64,000 nucleotides of DNA, taken from assembly GCA_038045945.1 (NCBI GenBank), contig JBBSXC010000001.1, forward strand, positions 75,680 through 139,679, read 5' to 3'. The DNA comes from Nanobdellota archaeon (lineage in GTDB: Archaea; Nanobdellota; Nanobdellia; Pacearchaeales; GW2011-AR1). Positions 1 to 8,714 of this stretch are shown piece after piece. The notes beneath the pieces were generated by a model that saw only the letters and a list, made by a program, of their open reading frames with translations, did not search any database and was not told where the DNA came from. A program made the position numbers and the translations under genes. Within the stretch, counting starts at the first letter, position 1. Every line of letters starts with the position of its first letter.

Positions 1-18
1 GTTAATTATAATGAGACT

Positions 19-1047
19 GTGATTAAGGTTCTTTCACCTTTCAATATAGATTATTCTTCTGATACTAAATTTTTAGATTTCTCTCTTGTTTCTAATACTG
101 ATCTTCGTGAGTGTCGTTATTCCTTAAACGGTTTAGAATCAGTACTTATGGATAAGGCTAATGGTACTTCTTTCTCTAAAAACGTTATTACAACTCCTGG
201 CTCTCACCAATTGTTCTTTATATGTAAGGATAATCTTGGTACTGTTTTTAATGTTCAACCAGTTATTAATTTTAATGTTAAGGATCAGCCTAAAGTTGGT
301 GTTATTAAGTCTAATTTGAATTTTTCTTCAGTTAATGATTCTTGTACTCCTTCTTGGAAGTGTTCAGAGTGGTCTGATTGTTCTGCTGTTTCTTATGATC
401 CTAGTGAAATAATTAGTGGTAAGATTGATGTTAGGGGTGAGCAGAGGAGGATTTGTTATGATACTACTATTTGTAAGAATGCGGTTATTGAGAAGCAGGT
501 TTGTGATGTTAGGATCCCTGTTAGGGCTGAGGCTAAGTTTTGGTGTGAACAAAACTATATTGAGATTTATGATTTAGTTACTAACCAGTTAGTTAGTAGG
601 ATTAAGGAGAGGGATATTGGCAATACTAAGACTGCTGATATTGGTTTTGTTATGAGTGAATTTGGTGATTATTGTGATTATTGTTATAATGATGCTCGTG
701 ATTTTGATGAAGCTGGTATTGATTGTGGTGGTAAAAATTGTCCTGCTTGTTACAATAAGAGTTCGCAGAAGGCTCTTTCTTCTAATGCTTTAAGGTTTTC
801 TTTAACTATTATTGAAGTTTTAGTTTTGGGTAGCATTATTTCTTACTTGTTTTATTGGTTGATTGTTAAAAGGTTGTGGGCTGGTGAAGAGTCTGAAGAG
901 TTGGTTAGTCCTGCGATGTCGCTTGTTAAGCAGGCTATGAAGAGGGGTTATTCTAAGGACCAAATTTATGAATTGTTCAAGAAGAAGGGTTGGAAGGATA
1001 GGGATATTGATCAGTTAATAAGGGAATCGCAAAAAAAGTTTGATTAA
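19..1047 (+). CDS. Cys-rich membrane-anchored surface protein (probably 5'-truncated by the window edge)
   Basis: CxPxWxCSEWSDC and CxNxxxDxDExGIDCGGxxCPxC modules, one TM segment, C-terminal KRGYSKDQIYELFKKKGW helical domain common in DPANN proteins. Confidence 0.6.
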   Translation: MIKVLSPFNIDYSSDTKFLDFSLVSNTDLRECRYSLNGLESVLMDKANGTSFSKNVITTPGSHQLFFICKDNLGTVFNVQPVINFNVKDQPKVGVIKSNLNFSSVNDSCTPSWKCSEWSDCSAVSYDPSEIISGKIDVRGEQRRICYDTTICKNAVIEKQVCDVRIPVRAEAKFWCEQNYIEIYDLVTNQLVSRIKERDIGNTKTADIGFVMSEFGDYCDYCYNDARDFDEAGIDCGGKNCPACYNKSSQKALSSNALRFSLTIIEVLVLGSIISYLFYWLIVKRLWAGEESEELVSPAMSLVKQAMKRGYSKDQIYELFKKKGWKDRDIDQLIRESQKKFD

Positions 1048-1103
1048 AATCTTTAACCTATTAGTGTTTTTATGCTGAGAAAACTTTTAAGTTTTCGAGG
1101 CAA

Positions 1104-1694
1104 TCAAGAAGCACTTATAAGCTTCTTTATGTCTAAGTACTTTGTTATTATGAATCTGCTTCCGGCTAGGTCTGATAGTACTGCTGTTATAGAATAATTT
1201 TTGTAAGCGGCATTGAATACTCCTTCTGTTGGGTATGTTTTTGCTAGGTTTGCGAAGTCTGCTATTACTCTTTTTATTTCATCTTCCGATAATGTTACTG
1301 CTGTTGTTTCTTCTCCACCTGGCTTCTTTATCACTAATGGCTTTTCTGGCCCCTGGCATTCTACTACGTATACGTCTCCTCCTATAACCTCGCTTACTTT
1401 TCCTAAATCTATTTTTTCTTCTTGATAAAACTTCTTGTTAGTTAAAGGAGTTGTTATTGTTTTGTTTTCTGTTTGTGGTGTTACAGTGGCGAATTTTACT
1501 TTTGGTAAGTCTTGCGGATTAATTCTTTCGTTTATTTCTTTTAGTATGTAATCTTTGTTTTTTATTACTTCTTTTAGTCTTCCTTTTATTTCTCTTCTTA
1601 TTTCTTCACGGAACTTGTTAGAATTAATGTTTACTAGTATTTCTCTTGTGAATTCTCTTAGGAAGAACCATGATTGTTCGTCACTGCTTAGCAT
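1104..1694 (-). CDS. hypothetical protein; C-terminal half resembles the N-terminal (PAS-like) domain of secretion ATPases, no Walker A
   Basis: 196-aa ORF; VVECQGPEKPLVI...LSEDEIKRVIADFA pattern; 2 nt from the upstream gene. Confidence 0.5.
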   Translation of the reverse strand: MLSSDEQSWFFLREFTREILVNINSNKFREEIRREIKGRLKEVIKNKDYILKEINERINPQDLPKVKFATVTPQTENKTITTPLTNKKFYQEEKIDLGKVSEVIGGDVYVVECQGPEKPLVIKKPGGEETTAVTLSEDEIKRVIADFANLAKTYPTEGVFNAAYKNYSITAVLSDLAGSRFIITKYLDIKKLISAS

Positions 1695-1696
1695 TA

Positions 1697-2194
1697 TTAC
1701 ACCTTTGGTTCTTCTTTGACTTGGAATCTTGTTGGTCCTAAATCTATTCTTTCCATTCTTTGTCTAGTTATTTGAGGTATTGTTGGTTGTGGAAATGATC
1801 TATTGTTTTGTGATCCTGGTGCCGGAGTCTCTCCGTACAATTTTTCTTTTAGGTCGTCTCCTAATAATGATAATCCTTTTGCTATTGTTTTGTTTTGGTC
1901 TAGTAGTGTGTTTAGTTTTCCTAAGAATTCTGCTTCTTTTTGTAAGTCTCCGCTTCCTACTGCTCCGCTAGGCCTAAAGTTTTTTTCTGCGAAGCTTCTT
2001 GCTGATACTTCGAATATTTGCAGTAGTTTGCTTATGTTCATTGTTAATAAGTCCATTTTTTCAGCGTTTGTTACTAGCACTTTTTGCAGCCTTACAAAGT
2101 TGTCTATTAGTACTTGGTTTAGGTGTTCTGATCCTGATGTAGAAAATCCGCTTCTGTTTGATTCTTTGTGGCCGCTCACCCTTTTCTTAACCAT
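1697..2194 (-). CDS. hypothetical coiled-coil protein
   Basis: ORF with ATG at 2194, TATA-like TTTATAAA about 22 nt upstream. Confidence 0.55.
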   Translation of the reverse strand: MVKKRVSGHKESNRSGFSTSGSEHLNQVLIDNFVRLQKVLVTNAEKMDLLTMNISKLLQIFEVSARSFAEKNFRPSGAVGSGDLQKEAEFLGKLNTLLDQNKTIAKGLSLLGDDLKEKLYGETPAPGSQNNRSFPQPTIPQITRQRMERIDLGPTRFQVKEEPKV

Positions 2195-2292
2195 AAAATA
2201 TTCGAGGTTTAGCATATTTATAAAGGTTATGCAGAGACTATGTGCTTTTGAGGAGATAAATCCTTAAAAGTGTCTTTTACTCTTTTTTTGTC

Positions 2293-3729
2293 GTGACTTG
2301 GATGTTGTTTAACTCTTTGCAGTTTTTGGTGTTTTTCTTAGTTGTTGTTTCATTATACTTTATTCTTCCTCATAAGTATCGTTGGTTTTTGTTGCTTGTT
2401 TCTAGTTACTATTTTTATATGAGTTATCTTCCAGAGTACGTTCTTGTTTTGTTGTTTGCTACAGTCATGGACTATTTTTTGGCTATTAGGATAGCTTCAA
2501 TTAAGGATTATACTAAGAGAAAGTTATTCCTTGTTTTTAGTATTTTTTCTAATCTTGGTTTATTGTTTGTTTTTAAGTACTTTAATTTTTTTGGTGATTC
2601 TTTAAGGTCTCTTCTTAGTTTGGCTTCTTTGGATGTTAGTATTCCTTATAGCTCTTTGATTCTTCCTTTGGGTTTGTCTTTTCATACTTTTCAGAGTTTG
2701 GGTTATATGATCGAGGTTTATAGGGGTGAGATTAAACCTCAGAAGCATTTTGGTATTTTTGCTTTGTATATTGCTTTTTTTCCTCAGCTTGTTGCTGGGC
2801 CTATTGAGAGGGCTAAGAATCTTATTCCTCAGTTTTATGTGAGTCACAAATTTGATTTTTTGAGAATTGTTGGTGGTCTTAAGATTGTTCTTTGGGGTTT
2901 TTTCTTAAAGGCTGTTCTTGCTGACCGTTTGGCTGTTCCTGTTGATTATGCTTTCACTCATCCTTCTTGGCCTGGTGGTATTTCTCTTCTTTTGGCTACA
3001 ATATTTTTTGCTTTCCAAATCTATGGCGATTTTGCTGGTTATACTTTCATTGCTATTGGTACTGCTAAAATTATGGGTTTTTCTTTAATGGATAATTTTC
3101 GCAGGCCTTACTTGTCTGGGTCTTTCGTTGATTTTTGGCGTAGGTGGCATATTTCTTTGTCTTCTTGGTTTAGGGATTACTTGTATATTCCTCTAGGTGG
3201 TAGTAAGAAGGGTTTTGTTAGGACTCTTGTTAATTTGTTTATTGTTTTCTTACTTAGTGGTTTGTGGCATGGTGCTGCTTGGACTTTCGTTATTTGGGGT
3301 ATTATTCACGGATTATTAGTAATTGGTAATACTTTAGTTATCAAGCTTAGTGGTAAGAAAAAGAAGGTTAAGCATAATTTTGGTACAGGCATTATTAATT
3401 TCTTTAAGTCTGTCTTTGTTTTCTCTTTTGTTTGTTTTGCTTGGATTTTTTTCCGTGCTAATTCTGTTTCTGATGCTTTAATAATCATTAAAAGGATTTT
3501 TTCTTGGACTGCTCCTAAAATTATTACTTTGAGTTTGACTTCTATTGATTTGTCTATTGCTGTTTTCTTAATTTTGTTTGTTATGATTGTTGATTTCTTT
3601 ACTGAGAAAAGGTTTTTTGGCGATAAGACTCCTTGGTGGGCAGAATTATTGTTTTATCTTTTGGTTTTTTGGTTTATTATTATTTTAGGCTCCTTTGGGG
3701 GTAGGGAGTTTATTTACTTCCAATTTTAG
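2293..3729 (+). CDS. algI: MBOAT family O-acyltransferase (AlgI/PatA-like)
   Basis: LPLGLSFHTFQ, FFPQLVAGPIER, DFAGY, FWRRWHISLSSWFRDYLYIPLGG, SGLWHGA, FIYFQF C-terminus. Confidence 0.92.
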   Translation: MTWMLFNSLQFLVFFLVVVSLYFILPHKYRWFLLLVSSYYFYMSYLPEYVLVLLFATVMDYFLAIRIASIKDYTKRKLFLVFSIFSNLGLLFVFKYFNFFGDSLRSLLSLASLDVSIPYSSLILPLGLSFHTFQSLGYMIEVYRGEIKPQKHFGIFALYIAFFPQLVAGPIERAKNLIPQFYVSHKFDFLRIVGGLKIVLWGFFLKAVLADRLAVPVDYAFTHPSWPGGISLLLATIFFAFQIYGDFAGYTFIAIGTAKIMGFSLMDNFRRPYLSGSFVDFWRRWHISLSSWFRDYLYIPLGGSKKGFVRTLVNLFIVFLLSGLWHGAAWTFVIWGIIHGLLVIGNTLVIKLSGKKKKVKHNFGTGIINFFKSVFVFSFVCFAWIFFRANSVSDALIIIKRIFSWTAPKIITLSLTSIDLSIAVFLILFVMIVDFFTEKRFFGDKTPWWAELLFYLLVFWFIIILGSFGGREFIYFQF

Positions 3730-3730
3730 T

Positions 3731-4891
3731 ATGGACAAAAGAATGTTTTTCTTATCGGTAATTGTTGTTTTGTTATTTTTAATGCCTTTGATTGTTCAGT
3801 TACTTTTGCCTTTTGGTTATGATAGTTTTCGCATTTGGGATTCTGTTTCTAGGGCTTTTATTAATTCTGATAAGCCTTTTTATTCTAATATTAACATTAG
3901 TAGGGTCGAGGTTGGTGATTTGGCTCATGGTACCGAGTTTGAGGTTAATAGGTCTGTTACTTGGTTTACTGATAGTAGAGGTTTTAGGACGCAAGAGTCT
4001 ATTGATGATTTTTATGATGTTGTTATTCTTGGTGACTCTACTATTGCTGGTGCTGGTTTGAGTCAGGAGGATATGCTTTATTCTGTTATTAGTAATAAGA
4101 CTGGTTTGAGGGTTTATTCTATGGGTCAGGTTGGTATTAATCGTTTTTTGAGTGATTCTCGTTTTGTTCTTAATCCTCCTAAAGTTTTGGTTTTTGGTGT
4201 TCTTGAGAGGAATATGAATAATATTGATGTGTTGAATAAAAGTGTTATTGTGAGGAGTAAATACTTTTTTCCTATTAAGGAGAGGCTTGTTGATTTGCTT
4301 GATCGTTCTTTAAAACTTAATTTTATTAGAAAGAAGATTTCTCCTTCTATTTCTTCTGATAATTTAGCTGTTAATAATAGTACTAGGATGGTTTTTTATG
4401 ATGTTTCTCTTACTCAACAATTAACTAATTCTTTTGTTGTTACACAGTTGGTTGATGAAATTTCTTCTTATAATGATTTGTTAGCTGATCGTAATATTAC
4501 TTTGATATTTTTGCCTGTTCCTAATAAGGAGACTGTTTATTATGATGATTTGCCTCAGAATTTTAAGAATAGGTATTCTAAGTCTAATTTTACTTCTCAT
4601 ATTTCTTTCTTAACTAATAATGCTGGTGTTAAAACTGTTGATTTATTACCTATTTATAATAAAGAAAAATCTCAGAGTTTTTTGTATCAGTTGGATGATA
4701 CTCATTGGAATAGGGATGGTGTTTTGATTGCTGCTGATGAGGTTATTAAACTGATGAATGTTTCCGACATTAATCACTCTGTTTTTAAGAAGCCTATTGT
4801 TAGTGATTTGGTTTTTGAGTTGTTAGTTTATGAGGCTTTTTTCTTACTTTTCGTTCTTGCTTTTCTTCTTAGAATTTTTGATCGTAAATGA
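3731..4891 (+). CDS. AlgJ/AlgX-like SGNH O-acetyltransferase
   Basis: GDS motif, PNKETVY, DTHWN catalytic motif; begins 1 nt after algI. Confidence 0.8.
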   Translation: MDKRMFFLSVIVVLLFLMPLIVQLLLPFGYDSFRIWDSVSRAFINSDKPFYSNINISRVEVGDLAHGTEFEVNRSVTWFTDSRGFRTQESIDDFYDVVILGDSTIAGAGLSQEDMLYSVISNKTGLRVYSMGQVGINRFLSDSRFVLNPPKVLVFGVLERNMNNIDVLNKSVIVRSKYFFPIKERLVDLLDRSLKLNFIRKKISPSISSDNLAVNNSTRMVFYDVSLTQQLTNSFVVTQLVDEISSYNDLLADRNITLIFLPVPNKETVYYDDLPQNFKNRYSKSNFTSHISFLTNNAGVKTVDLLPIYNKEKSQSFLYQLDDTHWNRDGVLIAADEVIKLMNVSDINHSVFKKPIVSDLVFELLVYEAFFLLFVLAFLLRIFDRK

Positions 4892-4894
4892 TTA

Positions 4895-4966
4895 TGGGTC
4901 CGGAGAGATTCGAACTCTCATCCTTCGCTCTGGAGGCGAAGAGACTAACCGTTATCCTACGGGCCC
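4895..4966 (-). tRNA. tRNA-Trp(CCA), intronless
   Basis: Cloverleaf GGGCCCG...TTCGC-CTCCAGA-GCGAA...GAGAG-TTCGAAT-CTCTC...CGGACCC-A. Confidence 0.93.
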
Positions 4967-5023
4967 TTTGCTAGTTATTGTTTGGAATGAAATGCTTAAA
5001 AATGTTGCTAACTAAGAATTATC

Positions 5024-5422
5024 ATGGTTGAAGTATTACTTGACACTAATTTTTTGATTAGTTGTGTTAAGCAAAAGATTCATTTTGTTGATGCTATTAA
5101 GGAGTTATTATCTGACTCCGAGATAGTTGTGCCTGCGCAGGTTGTTTCTGAGCTCCAGAGGATTTCTACCGATCATGATCGTAAGTATCGTTTGGAGGAT
5201 CGTGAGCATGCTAGTCTAGCTCTTCAACTTATTGTTAAGTATCGTGTTATTAAGGGTAAGGGCAAGTATGCTGATAAGGCCATTATTGGTTATGTTCATG
5301 AGAAGAATTATCGTAGTGAGCAAGTTATTGTTGCTACTATTGATTCTGGTCTTGTGTCAAAGGTTAGGAATGTTTCTAGAGTAATTAAGATTAGGGGTCT
5401 TAAGCGTTTAGTTATCGAATAA
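5024..5422 (+). CDS. PIN-domain protein (Fcf1/Utp23-like)
   Basis: LLDTNFL, V..EL, AD.AI, VATID motifs; conserved position upstream of rpoE'. Confidence 0.85.
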   Translation: MVEVLLDTNFLISCVKQKIHFVDAIKELLSDSEIVVPAQVVSELQRISTDHDRKYRLEDREHASLALQLIVKYRVIKGKGKYADKAIIGYVHEKNYRSEQVIVATIDSGLVSKVRNVSRVIKIRGLKRLVIE

Positions 5423-5535
5423 AAAACCTATTTTTTATTTGTAGTAACCTTTAAAAACATCGAAATTTTCGGAAAAAATTTCGTGGCTTAAAAAGCTGCA
5501 CTCCAAAGCTTTTTAAACTAACTTTTTCTAACATT

Positions 5536-6141
5536 TTGATGTTCTACTTAGCAGAAGTTGAAGATTATATTAGAGTTGAACCTAAATTATTTGGGCTTGA
5601 TACTCGCGAGGCTGTTAAAGAACAACTTAAGACTGCTTATAGCGGTTTTGTTAGTAAGGAATTAGGTTATGTTGTTTCCGTTTTGGATGTTTTGACTGTT
5701 CAGGAAGGAGTTGTTATTCCAGGGGACGGTGCTGTTTATTATAATTCACGATTCAAACTTTTAGTTTGGAAGGCTGAACTTGGAGAGCTTGTTTATTGTA
5801 TGGTTAAGGAAGTTGCTAACTTTGGTGCTTTCATGAGTTTGGGTATTACTGATGGTCTTATTCATGTTACTCAGGTTACTGATGATTATGTTAGTTTTTC
5901 CAAAACTGGTACTTTGGTTTCCAAGTCTGGTAAGAAAAGCCTTAAGAAGGGCGATTTATGTTTAGCTAGAATAGTTGCTGTCTCTTATAAGGCTGGAGAA
6001 CCTAAGATGAGTTTAACTATGAGACAGCCAGGTCTTGGTAAGATTGAGTGGATTAAGGATGATAAGAGAAAGTCTAAAGTTAAGGGTAGGGGCGAAAGTG
6101 AAGAGAAAGAATCTAAACCTAAAAAGTCTAAGAAAGAATAA
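5536..6141 (+). CDS. rpoE1: DNA-directed RNA polymerase subunit E' (Rpo7)
   Basis: IPGDGAVY, FGAF, DGLIHV, LTMRQPGLGK motifs. Confidence 0.95.
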   Translation: MMFYLAEVEDYIRVEPKLFGLDTREAVKEQLKTAYSGFVSKELGYVVSVLDVLTVQEGVVIPGDGAVYYNSRFKLLVWKAELGELVYCMVKEVANFGAFMSLGITDGLIHVTQVTDDYVSFSKTGTLVSKSGKKSLKKGDLCLARIVAVSYKAGEPKMSLTMRQPGLGKIEWIKDDKRKSKVKGRGESEEKESKPKKSKKE

Positions 6142-6329
6142 TGGGTAACAAAAAAGCTTGCAAATTATGCAAAAGAATATATGAAGAAGGGAATTGTCCT
6201 AGTTGTGGAAGTAACGAATACGTGAAAGATTACAAGGGAATTCTTGTTGTTTTCGACCCTGTAAATTCTGATATTGCTAAAAGTATGAAAATAAACAATG
6301 CTGGAGAATACGCTGTTAAGGTTAAATAA
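6141..6329 (+). CDS. spt4: transcription elongation factor Spt4 (RpoE'')
   Basis: KACKLC...CPSCGS zinc ribbon, S.IAK...GEYAVKV. Confidence 0.93.
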   Translation: MGNKKACKLCKRIYEEGNCPSCGSNEYVKDYKGILVVFDPVNSDIAKSMKINNAGEYAVKVK

Positions 6330-6334
6330 TTATC

Positions 6335-6637
6335 ATGGAACATCATAATATACTCAGTGATAAGGATAACAAAACTTTAGGTTTTAGAGAGGTTGAAATA
6401 TTGATGCCTTTCTCTAAGACACCAACAACTGTTGAAATAACTAAAATAATTGCTGATAAGTATAAGGCATCTGAGGATTCTTGTTCTATTCAGATGATTA
6501 AGGGTAGTTTTGGTAAAAACCTTTTTTCTATTAAGGCTAGAATTTATGCTAATAAGGAAAATAAGGATAAGATTGAACATAAGAATAAGAAACCTAAAAA
6601 GGCTCCTGGAGCCGCTGTCGGAGGTAAGAAGAAATAA
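6335..6637 (+). CDS. rps24e: 30S ribosomal protein eS24
   Basis: N..L..REV, TP, GSFG....ARIY pattern and operon position. Confidence 0.85.
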   Translation: MEHHNILSDKDNKTLGFREVEILMPFSKTPTTVEITKIIADKYKASEDSCSIQMIKGSFGKNLFSIKARIYANKENKDKIEHKNKKPKKAPGAAVGGKKK

Positions 6638-6873
6638 TGGCTGGTGACAAAGGCAGTAAAGGTAAAAGGAAGAGGAAAAAACACCCTTCTTCTAAGAGAT
6701 ACAAAATGTATACTGTTAGCGGTGATAAAATTACTTCTAGGAAGAGAATGTGCCCAAGATGCGGCCCTGGAATATTCTTAGCAGTTGCACCTAACAGAGT
6801 ATTCTGTGGTAAGTGCGCTTACACAGAATTTGCAGCAAGCACAACATTGAAAGCACAAGAAAAGAAAAAGTAA
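6637..6873 (+). CDS. rps27ae: 30S ribosomal protein eS31 (S27ae)
   Basis: CPRCGPGIFLA....R..CGKC.YTEF. Confidence 0.95.
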   Translation: MAGDKGSKGKRKRKKHPSSKRYKMYTVSGDKITSRKRMCPRCGPGIFLAVAPNRVFCGKCAYTEFAASTTLKAQEKKK

Positions 6874-6888
6874 AAATTTTATAAAAAA

Positions 6889-7881
6889 TTATCTCTTAGT
6901 TTCAACACTATCAAAGAGAGCACTCAAACTATCACCCTTAATTGTTCTGTAAATAGCTTCACCAAATAATGGAATCAGAGATATGGTTTCAAGATTGGGA
7001 CTTCCACTGTTTACTAGGGTATCAGAAACAAATAGTTTGTCTAGTGTAGAAAATCTTTCTAGTCCTGCGCTGAATAGTCCGTGAGTTCCATAAGCATAAA
7101 CGCTTTTAGCCCCATTCTCTCTCAAAGATGCTTCAGTCATGGCTATAGTCCCACCAGTATCAATCATGTCATCAACAATTAGACAATTCCTGTCTTTAAC
7201 ATCACCTATTATTACAACTTTATCAACAACATTATCTTTAAGTCTAATTTTGTCACCTATAGCAACATTCACTTCTAGACCGCTGGCCCTTAGCCTCTTA
7301 GCAAGACTTCTAACTCTTTTAGCCCCACCCATGTCCGGTGAAACAACAGCTAAATCCTCAAAAATTAATGGGTGTTTACTTCCCAGATAATCGATTAGTG
7401 TTGGAAAAGAATAAAGATTATCAAAAGGAATATCAAAAAATCCTTGCATTGCAGGGTTATGAAGATCAACGGTCATTGCTCTGTCAGCATAAGTAGAGAT
7501 CATCTTAGCAAGAGCTTTAGCATTAACACTAACCCTACTTTCATCCTTTCTTTCTTGACGAGCGAAACGAGTATAAGGAAGAACAACATTTATTTCTTCA
7601 GGCGAAGAGAACTTTAGTGCATCAAGGACAAAGTTAAGTTCTGTGTACCAGTCTGATGGGGACTTGTTAGAATCATGAATTAGATAACATTGCCTTCTGC
7701 GAACGTTCTTAGCAATACGAAGTTTGAATTCTCCATCCTTAAAGTCTTCTCTTTTGACAGTGACTAAGTCTACCTCAAAATCTCTTTTTGGCTTATATAG
7801 AAGGTGATTATAAACACCGATAGCAAAATCGTAACCTTTACTGTTAGGATCGGCAATTATTGCAGCATCACCATTTTCCAT
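6889..7881 (-). CDS. prs: ribose-phosphate pyrophosphokinase
   Basis: FKDGE, PY..FARQER, VDLH, VSPDMGG, IVDDMIDTGGT, THGLF. Confidence 0.95.
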   Translation of the reverse strand: MENGDAAIIADPNSKGYDFAIGVYNHLLYKPKRDFEVDLVTVKREDFKDGEFKLRIAKNVRRRQCYLIHDSNKSPSDWYTELNFVLDALKFSSPEEINVVLPYTRFARQERKDESRVSVNAKALAKMISTYADRAMTVDLHNPAMQGFFDIPFDNLYSFPTLIDYLGSKHPLIFEDLAVVSPDMGGAKRVRSLAKRLRASGLEVNVAIGDKIRLKDNVVDKVVIIGDVKDRNCLIVDDMIDTGGTIAMTEASLRENGAKSVYAYGTHGLFSAGLERFSTLDKLFVSDTLVNSGSPNLETISLIPLFGEAIYRTIKGDSLSALFDSVETKR

Positions 7882-8026
7882 AAAATCTTTTGCCGTGTTA
7901 GCTATTTAAGGATTATTGGTATAGAAAAATAAATGTATGATTATGAAAACACGGTGCATCTTATATAAATAACTGCTTTCTTTCTCCGTGAAAAGCGGAA
8001 TGCTTTTTTTTTTGTTTGAATATGAA

Positions 8027-8194
8027 ATTCTTTGCTGTAATTAACTTCTAAATCAAGCTTGTACCATATTTTAGAATGGTTTGCTTTCTAGTTAATAATT
8101 CTGCAAAGAATCATTTTTGCTTTTAGGATAAGCGGCTATATCAAGTTTGTACCCTGTTTTAGAAGGGTTTACTTTCTAGCTTATCACTTAAAGC
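8027..8194. ncRNA. tandem pair of structured motifs (candidate ncRNA or riboswitch-like element)
   Basis: 44-nt cores at 8048-8091 and 8136-8179 (38/44 identical; 4 of the 6 differences form 2 compensatory pairs), each closed by a different outer stem. Confidence 0.65.
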
Positions 8195-8195
8195 T

Positions 8196-8240
8196 TCAAG
8201 AATGTTAATTCTTGAGACCCAAAAATCTTATAGATTTTTG
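8196..8240. repeat. double-hairpin intergenic element
   Basis: TCAAGAAT-gtta-ATTCTTGA then CAAAAATC-ttata-GATTTTTG; inverted near-copy at 63486-63532. Confidence 0.65.
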
Positions 8241-8524
8241 AGTTTTTTTTTATCAAGTCGAGTTGATTATTATTTTAAGAATTCTTTATGAGGACTTCTT
8301 TGTTAACTTTTAGATATAGAAAATCTTTCTTATCCTTACTGTATAAATTATTTGTCCTAGAATTCTTGTCTGAAATCTAACTTTTCTTTACTTCTTATCT
8401 AAGTACCAGTAGTACTTAAACTTATCTATTGATCACCCTTTACCATCTTTTTGCCACCCTCAATCCTCTAATTACTCAGATTTGTATTGGTGAAAGTGAA
8501 AGGTGATGATCTTTTGATTATAAA

Positions 8525-8580
8525 ACCCTGGAAGAGGCTTTTATGCACTTAAATTAGGTTGCACTAAGCCTCTTCTGGGT
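8525..8580. other. long intergenic hairpin
   Basis: GAAGAGGCTT (8531-8540) pairs with AAGCCTCTTC (8566-8575), extended by ACCC/GGGT outside and TGCA/TGCA inside. Confidence 0.6.
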
Positions 8581-8714
8581 AAAAAGAGGTGATATAATAT
8601 GTAGGCAAAAGACCTATTTAAACCTTTCGATATTGTTATCATTACACAATGACAATATCTGCTCTTTATTTTTGACCCGTGGGTTTATAATATTTGTTTG
8701 TTTGTGTTTTATTG

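Noticed and set aside
4830-5015. 61-aa ORF across tRNA-Trp
   Set aside because: Antisense to a tRNA and overlaps the SGNH gene
8048-8091. Match to c-di-GMP-I riboswitch (GCAAACC) or twister ribozyme (ACAAGC)
   Set aside because: Only short word matches; no GNRA tetraloop, P3 or twister pseudoknot layout, and copy 2 alters those words
8048-8179. Tandem 44-nt repeat as a mini CRISPR array
   Set aside because: Only two copies, the differences are compensatory, the spacer pairs with the flanks, and no cas genes are present in the window
8285-8305. AAGAAGTCC on the minus strand as RNase P RNA P4
   Set aside because: No matching 3' P4 strand found, and the region is far more AT-rich than the structural RNAs here
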